Shown piece by piece: positions 46,226 through 59,104 of a stretch of DNA of 64,000 nt. The stretch comes from the human T2T-CHM13v2.0 reference genome, Homo sapiens. The notes beneath the pieces are model-generated. The model saw only the letters and a program-made list of their open reading frames with translations. It was not told the origin of the DNA and made no database searches. Numbering within the stretch: position 1 is the first letter of the stretch; every line of letters starts with the position of its first letter. Location: NCBI RefSeq assembly GCF_009914755.1, contig NC_060926.1; one strand, 5' to 3'. Made by a program: the position numbers and the translations under genes.

Positions 46226-47219
46226 AAGTGTTCCCATGTAGTTTTGAAATGATGCAAATCTGCTATGAATGTGGAGATGACACCACTTGACATTTTAAAA
46301 TTAATCATGTATGTTAAAAATTTGAGTATAACCATCTCAAAAATAAAAATGTAAAATAAAACTTCTAACCCAAGGGAGCACAAGACAAGGTGGAATTTTA
46401 AAAAAATGTGATCATTCCAATAGTAGATGGGAAGGGAGAAAGAAATGAAGCAAGATGTATGAGGATTCCAGTGCCAAGAAAGGACTTCAGCGTCAAAAGA
46501 ACCAGCAGATGGGACTGTTTATTCCTGACAATATAGAGATGATTGAGGTATTTGGAAAAGACTTTAAAATAAACACTGGATGTTTAAAATTCTCAAAAAG
46601 CCAAAGGAGGGACTAACATCTGGAAGAATTACAAGTTATGAAAGATTAAAGGTAGACATTAAAAACCATTAGAACATTAGAGCTGAAATAAAAGCATTCG
46701 AAAAAGAATAGACAGGAGAAACTGAAGAGAGAACAGTTCCTTGGAAGATACAACTGAGAAAATCCTCCAGGGTATAACATAGAGGAACAAAGAAATGAAC
46801 AATTATTCACTAATATATTTTTATCCAAACATCAACAAAATACATACAATTTAGTATCACTTAATTATAAAAAAACCTCAAAACTTTACCAAAAAAGGCT
46901 ATTAGGGTGATTTTAACACACTTCTTTCAGTAAACATATAAGATTTTTTGGAAAAGTAAACATATAGGATTCTTGAATAAAATGATTTTCAAGTCTGATC
47001 TAACAAATAGATTTAGAAACCTGGATAGAACAATAGAATAGATGATAAATCAGGTGACTGTGTGTGTGAGCCCATTTCTGGACTGTCCATTCTCCGTTGT
47101 GTTCCACTGGTAAATCTGTCTATGCTATGCTAATGTCACACTGTCTTAATTACAAAAGCCTCACAATATGTCTTGAAATCTGATAGTGCAAAACCTTGAG
47201 CTTTTAAATTGCCTTGGTG

Positions 47220-47408
47220 ACATCTGAATATAAAATATGAACTTCAGTTACTAATAATGTGTTGATATTTGTTCATTAGCTGTCATGCTACTGTAAGATG
47301 TTAATAAGGGAAACTAGGTAAGGGATATATAGGAAATTCTCTGTACTATCTTCGCAATTTTTTTGTCAATCTAAAACTGCTCTAAAATAGAAAGCTTATC
47401 TTTAAAAA
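47220..47408 (+). mobile_element. L1MC/MD 3'-end fragment nested in the older L1
   Basis: GTAAGATGTTAATAAGGGAAACT...CTCTGTACTATCTTCGCAATTTTT...TCTAAAACTGCTCTAAAAT; possible TSD AAATT[G/A]CCTT. Confidence 0.7.
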
Positions 47409-48414
47409 TTACCTTATTTTCTCTAATGCCTTTGTATATGAATTTTAGAAATGGCTTGTCAGTTTCTATAACAAAACCTACTGATATTTTGTCTGGGATT
47501 TAATGCCATTAATATTTTTGGATTAATTTAAAAATAACTGGCCCCTTAACAATAGTGTGCCTTATAAACCATGAATATTATCTCTCTCTCCATTAACTTA
47601 GGTATTTTTAAACTCCTTTCAGCAGACTTGCAGTTTTCAGTGTAGGATTCTTGGACATCATTTGTTCAACTTCAAGTTTTTTGTTACTATTTTAAGTGGT
47701 ATATATTTTGTATTTTCTTTTCTCTCTGTTTGTGGCTGGTATACCGATTAATATAATTAATGTTTGTATACTGATTTTCTATCCAGCCACTTGGCAATAT
47801 TCACTTATTAAAGCTATTGTCACTAAAATCCTTTGAATTTTTAAAGTATAAAATCATGTCATCTGTGAATAAAATAACATTATCTTTCCTTCCAATCCTT
47901 ATGACTTTGATTTATTTTCCCTGCACATTTTTATTTATTTATTGCACTTGGCAGGATCACTAGTACAATGTTCAATAGAAGTGGTGTATGCAACATCCCA
48001 CCTTGTTCTCAAACTCAGGGGGAGAGCTGAAATTATTTCAACCTTTAGTATGATGCTGGCTGTATATTTTTAAAAATAGATATTTATAATCAGAGTATTT
48101 CTTGCTTGTTTGGAGTTTAGATCATTAAAAGACATTCAATTTTATAAAATGCCTTTTCTACATCTATTGAAATTATGTGATTTTCTCATTTTTCTGTTAA
48201 TATGTTGATCTTCTTTTGCTTTCTTAAATTAATCCAACTTAGTGGTCAAGATATATTATCCTTTTCAATATATTGCTTGATCCTGTTTGCTAATATTTTG
48301 TTTAGAATTTTTGCTTTTATGTTCACAGGAAAGATAAGACTGAAATTTTTCTTTCTTATAATATGCTCATCAGATTTTGGTATTAAAGATATATAAAAAG
48401 AACTGCCAAAAAGA

Positions 48415-48689
48415 ATAATTTTGTTTCTTGAATGTTAACTCTTAATAAGTAGCCTACATGTGCAGCTCTCCTAATCGCAAGAATTCCACTATCTCTCCTT
48501 GGTTCTTCCATAATGTTGATAAAATGGTGACAATTAGTAAAAGACACTTTCACACTTGTGATTTCTGTCACCATCTGCACACAGTCAGTCCCGAATCATT
48601 TATCCCTTCTGCCCAGACTCAGCTACCTATTGGACATGTCCACTCACAAACATCACAAGCATCTCAAATGAATGGAACTCATTAAATAA
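48415..48689 (-). repeat. Inverted duplication, copy 2 (inserted into an L1M)
   Basis: Matches copy 1; L1 ORF2 sequence is collinear on both sides. Confidence 0.95.
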
Positions 48690-49455
48690 CATACACTTGC
48701 TACCTTCTGGAGAAGTTGAATAAGATTTATGTTCTATTTACTTTATGTGTTTGGAAGCCATCTAGTCATTTGTGTGTGTGTGGAGTAAAAGGTTTCAATA
48801 AAATATTCAATTTCTTTAATAGACATTGAAATATTCAGGTTTTCTATTTCTTTATCTCTCAGCTATAGTAAGTTGCATTTTTTGAAAAATTTGTCCTTTT
48901 CATACAAATTGTCAACTCCATTTGCATAAAGTGGTTTGCAATACCTTTATCTTTGAAAATAATGTATCTGTAGGATCGATAATGAGATCTCTTCTTTAAT
49001 TCCAAATATTGATAATTTGTCTTTTCTCTCTCTTCTTTTTTTCTTGACCAATCTTGCTGCAGGTTTATCACTTCTTTAGCCCTTTCTAAAAATCAAATTT
49101 AGGACTATTAACTTTATTGTACTTTTAAAAAATTGATTATTGTGCTTATCTTTATTGTTTCCTAAATTTTGTTTCCTTAAGTATCATTTTTAATAGTTTT
49201 TTAAAAGACAGAGCTTAAATTATTATTTCTTGATCTTCATTGTTTTCTGATATATGATGTAAGGCTATAAATTTTTCTTTAAGTACTGCTTTAGCTTCAA
49301 GTGACAAACTATATGTTTTATCTTCATAATCACTTGGCGCAAAGTATTTTCTAATTTTGATTTCTTCTTTAACCTATTAATTATTTAGAAGTGTCTTATT
49401 AACTTCTAGGCAATTAAATGTTTTCAGTTATCTTTTTATCATTAATTTTAATTCC

Positions 49456-49582
49456 TTTTTTTCCCTTTTTTGTAGAGATGAGGTCTTGTCCAAGCTGGTC
49501 TTGACCTCCTGGCCTCAAACAATCCTCTCGCCTTGGCCTCACAGACTGCTCAGATTACAGGCATGAGTCGCCACACCCGGTC
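49456..49582 (-). mobile_element. FLAM / Alu left monomer
   Basis: TGTAGAGATGAGGTCTTG...CCTGGCCTCAAACAATCCTCTCGCC...CACACCCGGTC. Confidence 0.8.
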
Positions 49583-50142
49583 TTGGTTTCTAATTTAATT
49601 CATTGATATCAGAGAACCAATTCTGAATAATTTCAGTCATTTAGACTTTTTTAAGACTTTCCTCATGGACCAACATTATTGTTTATTTTGGTAAATGTGT
49701 CATGTGAGAATGAAAAGATGTCAATGTGGCAACATTGGTTCTGTGTTCTATATATGTCACTTAGGTCATATATATGACTTTAGGCCAAGTTGGTTAATTT
49801 TGTTCTTCACATTTTCTAAATCTTTGTCTGGGAGCAGATTATAATTTGCCTGATCTATCAGTCATTAAAAGAGATATGTTAAAACCTTTTACCATAGTTG
49901 TAAAACTGTTGATTTATTTAGTTTTTCTTTTAGTTGTTAGTAAATTTCATTCATATAATTTGCAGCTATGTTATTGGGTGCTTACAGAGTTAGGATTTTG
50001 CCATTCTGCTGAAGTGATCCCTCTGCCAATAGAAAATATCCTTTATATCTTCCATAATACTTTTTGTCTTAAAGCCTATTTTGTCTGTTATTGGCATAGT
50101 TATACCAGCTTTCCTTTGGTCAGTATTTGCATAGGATATTTT

Positions 50143-50321
50143 GTTTGTTTGTTTGTTTGTTTGTTTGTTTGTTTGTGTCAGAGTCTGACTCTGTTGTCCA
50201 GGTTGGAGTGCAGTGGCACAATCTTGGCTCACTGCAATCTCTGCCTCCCATGTTCAAACAATTCTCTGGCCTCAGCCTCCCAAAGTGCTGGGATTACAGG
50301 CGTGAGCCACCACACCCGGCC
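50143..50321 (-). mobile_element. Monomer-length Alu with a (TTTG)n tail
   Basis: Right-arm 3' part joins the left-arm 5' part at GCCTCAGCCTCCC; perfect 15-bp TSD TGCATAGGATATTTT (50128-50142 / 50322-50336). Confidence 0.9.
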
Positions 50322-51809
50322 TGCATAGGATATTTTCCATCATTGTATGTATCAACCTTTCTGTGTTCATATTTGTTTTTCTCTTGAAAGTACCATAGTG
50401 GAGACTTTTTCTTTTTTAAAAGAATTTTGTACTATAACTTTTTTTACTCAAAAGTTTCAGTCCATTTACTTGATTAAACTGGGTTTATACATATATTATG
50501 CATTTATGTATTACTATTGTTTCTAATTTACTAATATGTATTATATTCTATTTTCTTCCCTTCTTTTAGATTAATCAAATAATTTTATTATTCATTTTCC
50601 TTGCTATTCATTTGTTAATTACACATTTTTCTATTTTTTACTCAAGCAATTGCAACTTACATTTTCAAATTATTTAATTCTAATAAAAATATTTACCTTT
50701 ACCATTTCTCCTATAATTTGGAATCTTAAAACACTTTAAGTCCATTTACCTCCTTCCATCTTTTGTATTATCTTTATGAAGCATCTTTGTTTTACACTTT
50801 TTGAGTCATTTCTACTATTGTCTATACCATCACTATTGCTTTATGTTTGCCAACATATTTATCATTTCCAGTTAGTTCTCTTTATTTCAAATGGCATTTT
50901 CATGTATCTTGCTGGGATAATTTTTGAGCTTTCCAAAGCATTCCCTTTGCTATTTCTTTTAGTACAGACCTGTTGGTAGTAAATTCTCTTAATTTTTGTT
51001 TTCCTAAAACAAACAAAGAAAAAACTTTAATTTCTTTTCCTTTTTGAAATAAGTTTTCATTGAGTTTAAGATACTACTATGGCAGTTATTTTCTCGCGCT
51101 CCTTTTAAGATTTTATCTTTGTCTTTAATTTTTCTGTAGTTTGACTTGATGTGCTTAGGTCTGTTTTCTTTATGTTTATTTAGCTTGTGGTTCACTGATG
51201 TTTTTGTATCTGTGAATTGAAGCATTTCATTAATTTCAAAAATTCTCAACCATTATGTCTTAGATTATTGCTCCTGCCGTCTTCTCTCCTCTGTCTTATG
51301 GGAGTCCAATTAAACGTGCATTAGAACTTTTGGAGAGATCCTATACAACTCTTAAGCTCTGTTTGTTCAGTTGTTTCAATATTTGTCTTTAAATATTTTC
51401 TATTCACCTGTCTTTCAGTTCAATAATTGAATCTTCTGCTGTGTCTAATTGCTGTTGGACTCATCTAATTTATTCTTAATCTTAGATATTATATATTTCA
51501 GTTGTAGAATATCTACTGGTTTCTTTACATATTCAAATATTCTGGTTAAATTTTTTGACTTTTCATATATTTCTTGGATTGGCATAAAGGTCTCAGTTTG
51601 GTGGGAAAGGCAGACTTCTCCAGCTTGATCTAATTAACAGGATATATAAAACTAGCAATACTATCTAGGATACTTTGACAGATATAAAAAGTCTAAAACT
51701 GAGGATAACAGACTACAAATTTATAGATGTAACTGTGTGGGGGAAGAACATAATAAGTGTCTGCCAGTCTCCATCTGTATATCCAGCTTAATGTAGCAAG
51801 CTAGAAAAG

Positions 51810-52280
51810 TAGCAGACATGACTAGCAGCCTGCTGAATATTCATTATCTTCTTCCTCCTTTGTATTTACAGAAGCTCTATTTTGCTCGGTGGGGAAGTAA
51901 TGTGCACATATAAAATGCTTTGTCTTTCAGGCTCACTTCCAACTAGGGGTTGACCAGGTGACAAGATTGTGGTAGAAATTTAAGGGGAGGTCCATCAGAT
52001 ATGGAAAGTTGTTGTTTTTCTGGTTAAAGAGATGGACTCATCGGGCATATGCCTTTGTTCATTTCTCTTTTCATCCTTCTTCTGTCTGGAACACAGTTTC
52101 AATATCTGAAGGTGAAATGGCCATCTTCAAAAAAATATCCTAAAGACAGGAATATTTCCTTGAGAAATTGCACTTTCCCCAGATCTGCCCATTTCCAGAC
52201 TTCTAGTTATATGGAAAAAATAAACTAACTGAAGATGATTATGTGTTAAATGCAGTCAAATGCAACCCTAATTGATGGCA
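51810..52280 (+). mobile_element. MLT1J-like solo LTR
   Basis: TAGCAGACA...CTTCTTCCT...CAACTAGGGGTTGACCAGGTGAC...CCAGACTTCTAGTTATATGGAAAAAATAAAC...ATGCAGTCAAATGCAACCCTAATTGA. Confidence 0.65.
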
Positions 52281-54050
52281 ATGGGAGGTTGTTACAGATT
52301 TGTATGAATTTGTACTGTAGTAGACTCCCTGGAAATCCAAGGAAAACTATTTCAAAATGAGACTTGATCAACTGTACCGTAAGAAAAACAAGCAAAGAAA
52401 AGGGTTTCATAAGGAAAACAATGAAGAAGAGTGCTTGGCTCTTGGGAGTTTGCTGGGAACATTGAGTGAGTCTTTTCACAGCCCATGTATGATGCAACAC
52501 AAAATTATTTGAAATCCTGTTTGCTATCTATATCCCAAAGTCCTTCTCATCTCAGCATAATGAATTCTTCCAGTCTTTCTCCTTCTCTCTCAAAATGTAC
52601 TCTGACGCTTTCTCAAAATTTGTCCTGAGCTAGACTTCATTTTTCTTGCCCATCTCCCCTTACTTTCATAATCTAGTCTCTTCTTTTCTGCAAGTAGCTC
52701 TCTGTCCTTCCAATGTAAATCCGTCAAATTAGTTTGGTTGCTTTTGCTTCTCCTTCTCCCTCATTATCCACATCTATGCAACAATTCCAGGCACAGAACT
52801 GGCAAAGACGAAATTATCATTTGCATGAAAAGGAAGGTGGAAGCCATTAACATCACCTCTGTTAACACAAATAATTCAGAAGAATCAAACAAGGTTTGGT
52901 ATTATAGGGATCAAATGTCAACACCGACACTGGTTTGTTCTTTAATTTAACTTGACTAAACTATAACTTGCATCATTCAGTCCCCTAAACAGGAGCTAAA
53001 CCAACACATTTCCCTGGCATTCGAAATTATACGGAAAACTACTTTTGAACAATAACGTAAAGCACTGCACATTCCATAAAGCACTTCTTCTCCCTGCAAA
53101 TCTGGAAGCTGGGGAAACTCTTCTTTTCCCTGAGCTTGTCCTGTTTCCTCCTGCTACCTGCTGTGCTATTTAGGGAGCCCCAGTTTCACTCTCGTCTGAG
53201 ATTTGAAGGCCAAATCCCAAGTTTCTGCCTTAGTAAATAGTGCCCTTGATTCTAGAGTCCATCTCACATTTTGTTTTTAGTTTCTGATACCCTTTTTATT
53301 GTCACCCGTCTTTCATCTATCTCCCATGGAGAATTCCAGCTACCAGTACTAACAACATTATACATAGTACCGCCACTGATGCCAACATGAAATGGAAATA
53401 CATATTCTTTTTGTAGGGTCTATAAACTTCCTGGTTTAATAAAGCAGAGCTACACTGAAAGCTTATCTAACTCAGTTTACAATAAGAAAGTGCCTTGGTG
53501 CATGTGTTTGCATTGAAAAGAAAAGCTAAAATCAACACTTCTAAGACCACCCCCCATACCGGAGTGAATCTTGTTATAAGGAAAAAAGAAAATCAAGGTG
53601 TAAGTTGGTTAGAACACCAAACCAAATTAAATTTGATCTAATAGTGTTTACTTGTTGTAACATCTAGAAAAGTTGGGACAAGCACTGTAAACATTTTTAA
53701 CCTAATTTTAAAATAAATTATGCTTAATTTCACCAGATGTATTTGTTTTTTTAAGTTTTTAAAAAATTTTTTTAGAATTTTTTTCTTGCGTTTAACAGAC
53801 AAGAATTTGGATTATAAAAGAAAGAATATCTAAATATCTCCCCTAAAGGGGCCTCATAAGAGCATTTTAGTACTTAAAAAAGTGTGATTTAAAAAGATCT
53901 TATATCCTTTGCTGGGTGAAAAACAAAGAGATCTGGAGAATGTCTTAAATCAGGGTTGCACAAGAATATTTCCTCCTGCAGAGAGAAGAAAAGGAGGTAG
54001 GAGATGGGGCCTCTCCACTGTTCCTGACTCCAGAGATAGCACTGAAATCC

Positions 54051-54337
54051 TTTTTTTTTTTTCTTTTTGAGACTGATTCATGCTCTGTCGCCCAGGTTGG
54101 AGTGCAATGGCGTGACCTTGGCTCGCTGCAGTCTCCGCCTCCTAGGTTCAAGCGAGTCTCTCACCTCAGCCTCCCGAGTAACTGGGATCACAAGGCCCAG
54201 CTAATTTTTGTATTTTTCATAGAGACGGGGTTTCACTATGTTGGCCAGGATGGTCTCGAACTCCTGACCTCAAGTGATCCGCCCGCCTCAGCCTCCCAAA
54301 GTGCTGGGATTACAGTCATCAGCCACTGCGCCCAGCC
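54051..54337 (-). mobile_element. AluS
   Basis: Poly-T, GACCTCAAGTGATCCGCCCGCC...GCGCCCAGCC. Confidence 0.93.
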
Positions 54338-55567
54338 CCACTGAGCTATTAAGTGGACAACTTCTATATAGTTGGAGGGTTTATCTGAGAGACATAAATA
54401 CATAAATATTCTAAGTAAATGTGTCTCCTATCCTCCTCATAGGCACTACTCTTCTCCTCCCTGCCCCAAATACATATTTTTTCAGTGTCTGCCTGGAAGG
54501 GGCCCGCCAAGATATAGAAACTACCCTACCAAAGCCCTTGGCTGTTTGGTGTTAAAGTGTGCAGCCCTTTACCATCCTGTCTTATATCCCAGGGTATACT
54601 CTATGTGCTACTATAGAACAGATTAGGCTAGATATTTATGAGGACAAACTTGGGAAGAAAAAGCTAAAAAAAAAAAAAGTGAATTTGAAGACCTAGAAAA
54701 GCACCAGTCCAACATTTGTAAAGCCTAAAATCCTGTTCTTCTGCTACTAGAATTCTAAGGATTTGCCTCGTTTTTGCGTTGGCGTCAGCTTAAGTGTTTA
54801 CTCTGTACAGGAATCAGATTCCCCAACCACCTGCTTCTCTGTACTCCTGTTCTCCTTAATGTTGTGTTAGCATTTGTTTTGCCAGCTCTGCCTTTCCTGT
54901 ATTCACAAAATAAAGTGTCACTTTGTGTTGGTGGGATCATCTCTTAGATTCATTTTTAATCTTTTCAGTCATAGCCTGTGACTGCAACTTTCTGGAACTA
55001 CGGCAGGTGATGAGTTCTGTTGGGTTATTGAGAAAACACATGTTGATTAATCTCTTGTCCTTGGGCTTTTTTTTTTTAGCACCTGTTTAATGTCCTACAA
55101 GAGAGTTATTACTTGATGCAAACAGTAGATAACACCGATAGTTGTAAATCAGGGAAACAGCTTCTTTTTGTTTGTTTGTTTTGTTTTATATTTTCTCCAT
55201 TCAATCTTCTCACTGTATAACACCTTCTGGAGGCAGCTAAGAGCTTTCCATCTGTTAGAGGTTCAGGCAGAGGCCTTGAGCTTTATGTGTTTGGTAAGGG
55301 TCATGCTAAGCACAGTTGGTTTTCTTATTAGAAAAATACCATTTTATTCTATGATAAAGCTTCATACTTGTGACAAAACAAATTCTGTAGCAGACATATA
55401 ATTGCCTTTTAAATTCTCATTTCACAGCATAACTCCATCCACATACTCATATCTCAGAGAAGCTCACAGTACAAATCATGTACATATTTACTCCTTGTTT
55501 TTTGTTGCTAAAATGTAACATTGGCTAGTCATGAAATAGCTCTTGAAACATTAAGAATCATAGTCAC

Positions 55568-55847
<280 letters not shown>

Positions 55848-55965
55848 TCACAGCCACTTCTCTCTCCTCATAGCCTTTATAAGCAATTATAACCTTAACC
55901 TATACCACTTTAAGAATCAAATCAATTATTTTTCTATTCTCTTTTTTGTTCTTGTTTCCAGAGCA

Positions 55966-56107
55966 GTGGTTTTCAAAATGTGGTCACTAGTCCAGCAGCA
56001 TCAGGATCACTTGGGAATTTAGGAATGCAAATTCTCAGGTTTTATCCCAAACCTACTGAATCATAAACTCTGGGGATAGAGCCCAGTAATATAGGTTTTA
56101 ACCACTG
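55966..56107. mobile_element. MER5A (hAT-Charlie MITE)
   Basis: CAGTGGTTTTCAAAATGTGGTC...ATGCAAATTCTCAGG...CCTACTGAATCATAAACTCTGGG...AACCACTG TIRs. Confidence 0.85.
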
Positions 56108-56644
56108 ACATAGGGCCAGTAGTCTTGCTTCATAGGAACTAGCTGTACTGGCATAGAGAAACATTACCCATTCCACCTGTAAAGACAGGAGGACAGGAAG
56201 CAAGGCATGACAGCCTAGGGCAAGCCTCCATAAAGCTGCATAAAAGGCGTGGTCTGCCAATCCACATGTTGGCACCACAGACCTGATTAAGGGAAACACC
56301 TCTGGAAGACAACTGATTTTGAATTTGAGAAGTGATTGCACACCATAATCAGTCAACTGCATGTGTATGAACAGGAGCATCTGCTACTCACATTTTCAAA
56401 ACTACCTTTTCCACAGGTACATTCCAGAGTGCAACAAACCACTTCCACATGTGGGGGCTGATCTCTCAACTATATATCTTACCTGCCTTTTGTGTCATCA
56501 CAGATTTCTTTAGAAGTTAAAGTTCACTTCAAAGTCATGGTGAAGTCAAAACTTTTCCAGGTGCAAGGATTTATCTTCAGAGATGTGGGTGATCAAGGCC
56601 GGGAAAAACTGTGAGTTAGTGGGGGGCTACCTTCCAGCTAACAG

Positions 56645-56828
56645 ATCTTAAAGCTCATCTCTGCCCACAGTGGAACCACGTGAGAAGCTTTATTAACACA
56701 TCAGTGTTTGGGCCCCATCTCCCAGAGATTTTGACTTATTTATTTTAAGGTGGGGTATAAGAGTTGGTATTTTTTTAAAAAAACTACCCCATATTCTTCT
56801 ACTGTGCAGCCCAGTTCCAAAACCACTG
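56645..56828. mobile_element. MER5B-like MITE
   Basis: GGGCCCCATCTCCCAGAGATTTTGACTTA...TGTGCAGCCCAG...AACCACTG. Confidence 0.65.
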
Positions 56829-56834
56829 CCTTAA

Positions 56835-57500
56835 ATAAATATTTCTTGAGCATTTAATATAAGTGAGTCTCTTGGTAACTGGAAAATTCAAAAGAACACA
56901 AGGCAAGAGGCTGTGTCTTCAAGAAGCAGAGAATGGTGGAATGTGGAGCAAAATATACACACCTAACTGGAACCTACAGGAGACTGTGGTAAGTGCTACA
57001 TTAGAATTACACACAGTTTATAACCCGGGCCAAAGAGAGGGTAGAGTTTATTCTGAGTGGTAACAACTGGATATGGCTTCGCAGAGGAAATTGAATTTGA
57101 ATTTGGTTTTGAAGGGATTGTAACAGACAAGGGAAAAAGAACATGTTAGGTAGAAAAAGCAAAAATGAACAAAAGCATGGAGGCAAGAAAGTTCAAGCAT
57201 TTTGAAGGGATAAGTCAACATCATGTAGTTGCAGTATACAGGGAAGGAAGTTGGTAAGGTGGGCTGGAGCCAGATTTCAAATAACTTTGAACAGGATGCT
57301 AAAAATCTGCATCTTATGAGCAATGAAGAGTAACCTTATGATAGGTGTCTAAGAAAGACATCTCATTTAGAAGCTAACTGATATTTACACTAATGAAGGT
57401 GTTGCTAACTACATTTAGCCAGTGAAACATTTACTGAGCATTTCATTACTTTGTTGCAAGCTCCTGTGCTAGACACTATGAGGGACTAAAAAACATACTC
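56835..57500 (-). mobile_element. L2 fragments
   Basis: TTGAGCATTTAATAT..., GGCTTCGCAGAGGAAATTGAATTTGAA..., GGAGCCAGAT..., ATTTACTGAGCA. Confidence 0.55.
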
Positions 57501-58514
57501 AAGGCAGCAATTTTTCTCTAAATTCTTTTAATAAATAGATTGTTGAAACATACACTCTCATAATTCTATTATACAAAATGGAATTTTGTGGACTAAATAG
57601 CTGATTTACGTTGTTGCTCTTAATCGTTCTTGTTTTTTGAAAAAGCAGGCTATATGTGGTAAAAGTAGCTTACTGGAGCCACTTAAAACATTTGCCTAAT
57701 GGCTACTTATATAAAACATGCATTAAAATACTCTGGGCTTGCAGGGAATACTTATGCCTTGAAGACCATTGTGAAGAAGGGCAACATTCCAGGACAAGCT
57801 TATTGCTCAAAAAGATTTCTGCAGTTCAGGCACCTTTCAGTGATGATAAATGTGATGCCTGGTCCCACGTGTGAGCATTTGTATGCAGGTGTTTTTTGGT
57901 CTGGTTTTCTTTTATTTGGAAAAGAAGGCACATTCTCTCCTCTTTTGCCATTAATATGAGCAATAACTCCACCCCTCTTGAAAAGGCACTGGATATTCAA
58001 ATTGTTGACATCTCTTATGGTGAGATCTGAGAGCACCACGCAGCCTGAGCCTCGGACTACTAGTTGCTTGCAGTAACCTCAAGCAGGTCACTTTCCCTCC
58101 CTAAATTTCTTTATCTGGAAAGTAGGAAAAATAATAGTACCTGTGGCACAGAAACTGGGTAAGTTCAATGAAATAACAGTGCTAAAAAATTTGAGGTTTT
58201 ATTACTGAAACAACATGCAGGGCTTTGTGGATGCTGGGGAAGGAGAAAGAAATGAGACCCGGGATCTGCTCTCCCTGGCAAGTCAGTCGCATAGGGCACC
58301 TGGGTTGCCTTGCCTCTTGCCTTTCTCAACCTTGTCTGTTTATATCTCCAATCTACAGCTTGGATCTGCTGAGTCCTGAGCTAAAGAGAATAAAACCTGG
58401 TGCAGAGTGAGGGTCCCCTTCTCAACAGCAAGTTTTGTCTGGACTTGGTCTTGACAGAGGCCTGGTGGGAGCTATGGCCTGGGCACCCATGTGGCCCTGG
58501 AGCTGCAGAAAATA

Positions 58515-59104
58515 CAAGAGATACAGGTGACCTCTAGAAGCCAGAAAAGGTAAGGAAGAAAATTCTCATTGATATGATTTGGCTCTGTGTCCCCACCCAA
58601 ATCTCATCTTGAAGCTCTCATAATTCCAAAAAGTTGTGGGAGGGACCTGGTGGGAGATGATTGAATCATGGGGGTGGGTGTTTCCCATGCTGTTCTCATG
58701 ATAGTGAATGAATCTCACAAGATCTGATGGGTTTAAAAATGAGAATTTCTCTGCATAAGCTCTCTCTTTCCTGCTAGTGTTCACATAAGATGTAACTTGC
58801 TCCTCCTTGCCTCCCACCATGATTGTGTGGCCTCCCCAGGCATGTGGAACTGTGAGTTCACCATTAAACCTGTTTCCTTTATAAATTGCCCAGTCTTAGG
58901 TATGTCTTTATCAGCAGCATGGAAATGGACTAATACACTCACCTAGAGTCTCTAGAAAGGGCCGGTGCTACTGACACCATGACTTTAGCCCAGTGAGACT
59001 GGTTCCAGACTTCTCACTTCCAGAACCAGAAGAGAATTAATCTGTGTTGTTTTAAGCAACCAAGTTTGTGGTAATTTGTTATAGCAGTCATAGGAAACTA
59101 AGAC
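58515..59104 (+). mobile_element. MLT1D-like LTR split by THE1
   Basis: CCTCTAGAAGCCAGAAAAGGTAAGGAA...ATTCTC | CTAGAGTCTCTAGAAAG...GTTATAGCAGTCATAGGAAACTAAGACA. Confidence 0.8.
58570..58937 (+). mobile_element. THE1C/D solo LTR
   Basis: TGATATGATTTGGCTCTGTGTCCCCACCCAAATCTCATCTTG...GGACTAATACA; 5-bp TSD CTCA[T/C]. Confidence 0.92.

Larger units (their letters stand above)
47050..51570 (-). mobile_element. Long old L1M element (ORF2 to ORF1) with nested insertions
   Basis: AAAATCATGTCATCTGTGAATA (FADD region), TAGTACAATGTTCAATAGAAGTGGTG, GGCTATAAATTTTTCTTTAAGTACTGCTTTAGC; ORF1-like peptide in ORF 51004-51249. Confidence 0.8.

Noticed and set aside
45291-48414. Staggered-break inversion of the spacer as the origin of the inverted duplication
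   Set aside because: The L1 is collinear and in the same orientation on both sides of copy 2, so the spacer is not inverted at that junction.
45047-48685. Two paralogous ORFs starting MCSSPN with a C/H-rich motif (HFHTCDFCxHLH)
   Set aside because: The similarity simply reflects the DNA duplication. The sequence is partly L2-like, many differences change amino acids and one copy stops early, so there is no sign of coding constraint.
56503-56613. Peptide ...FIFRDVGDQGREKL resembling the ARF/ARL DVGGQ motif
   Set aside because: The match is short and imperfect, there is a stop straight after it, and no P-loop or NKxD remnants are nearby; likely chance.
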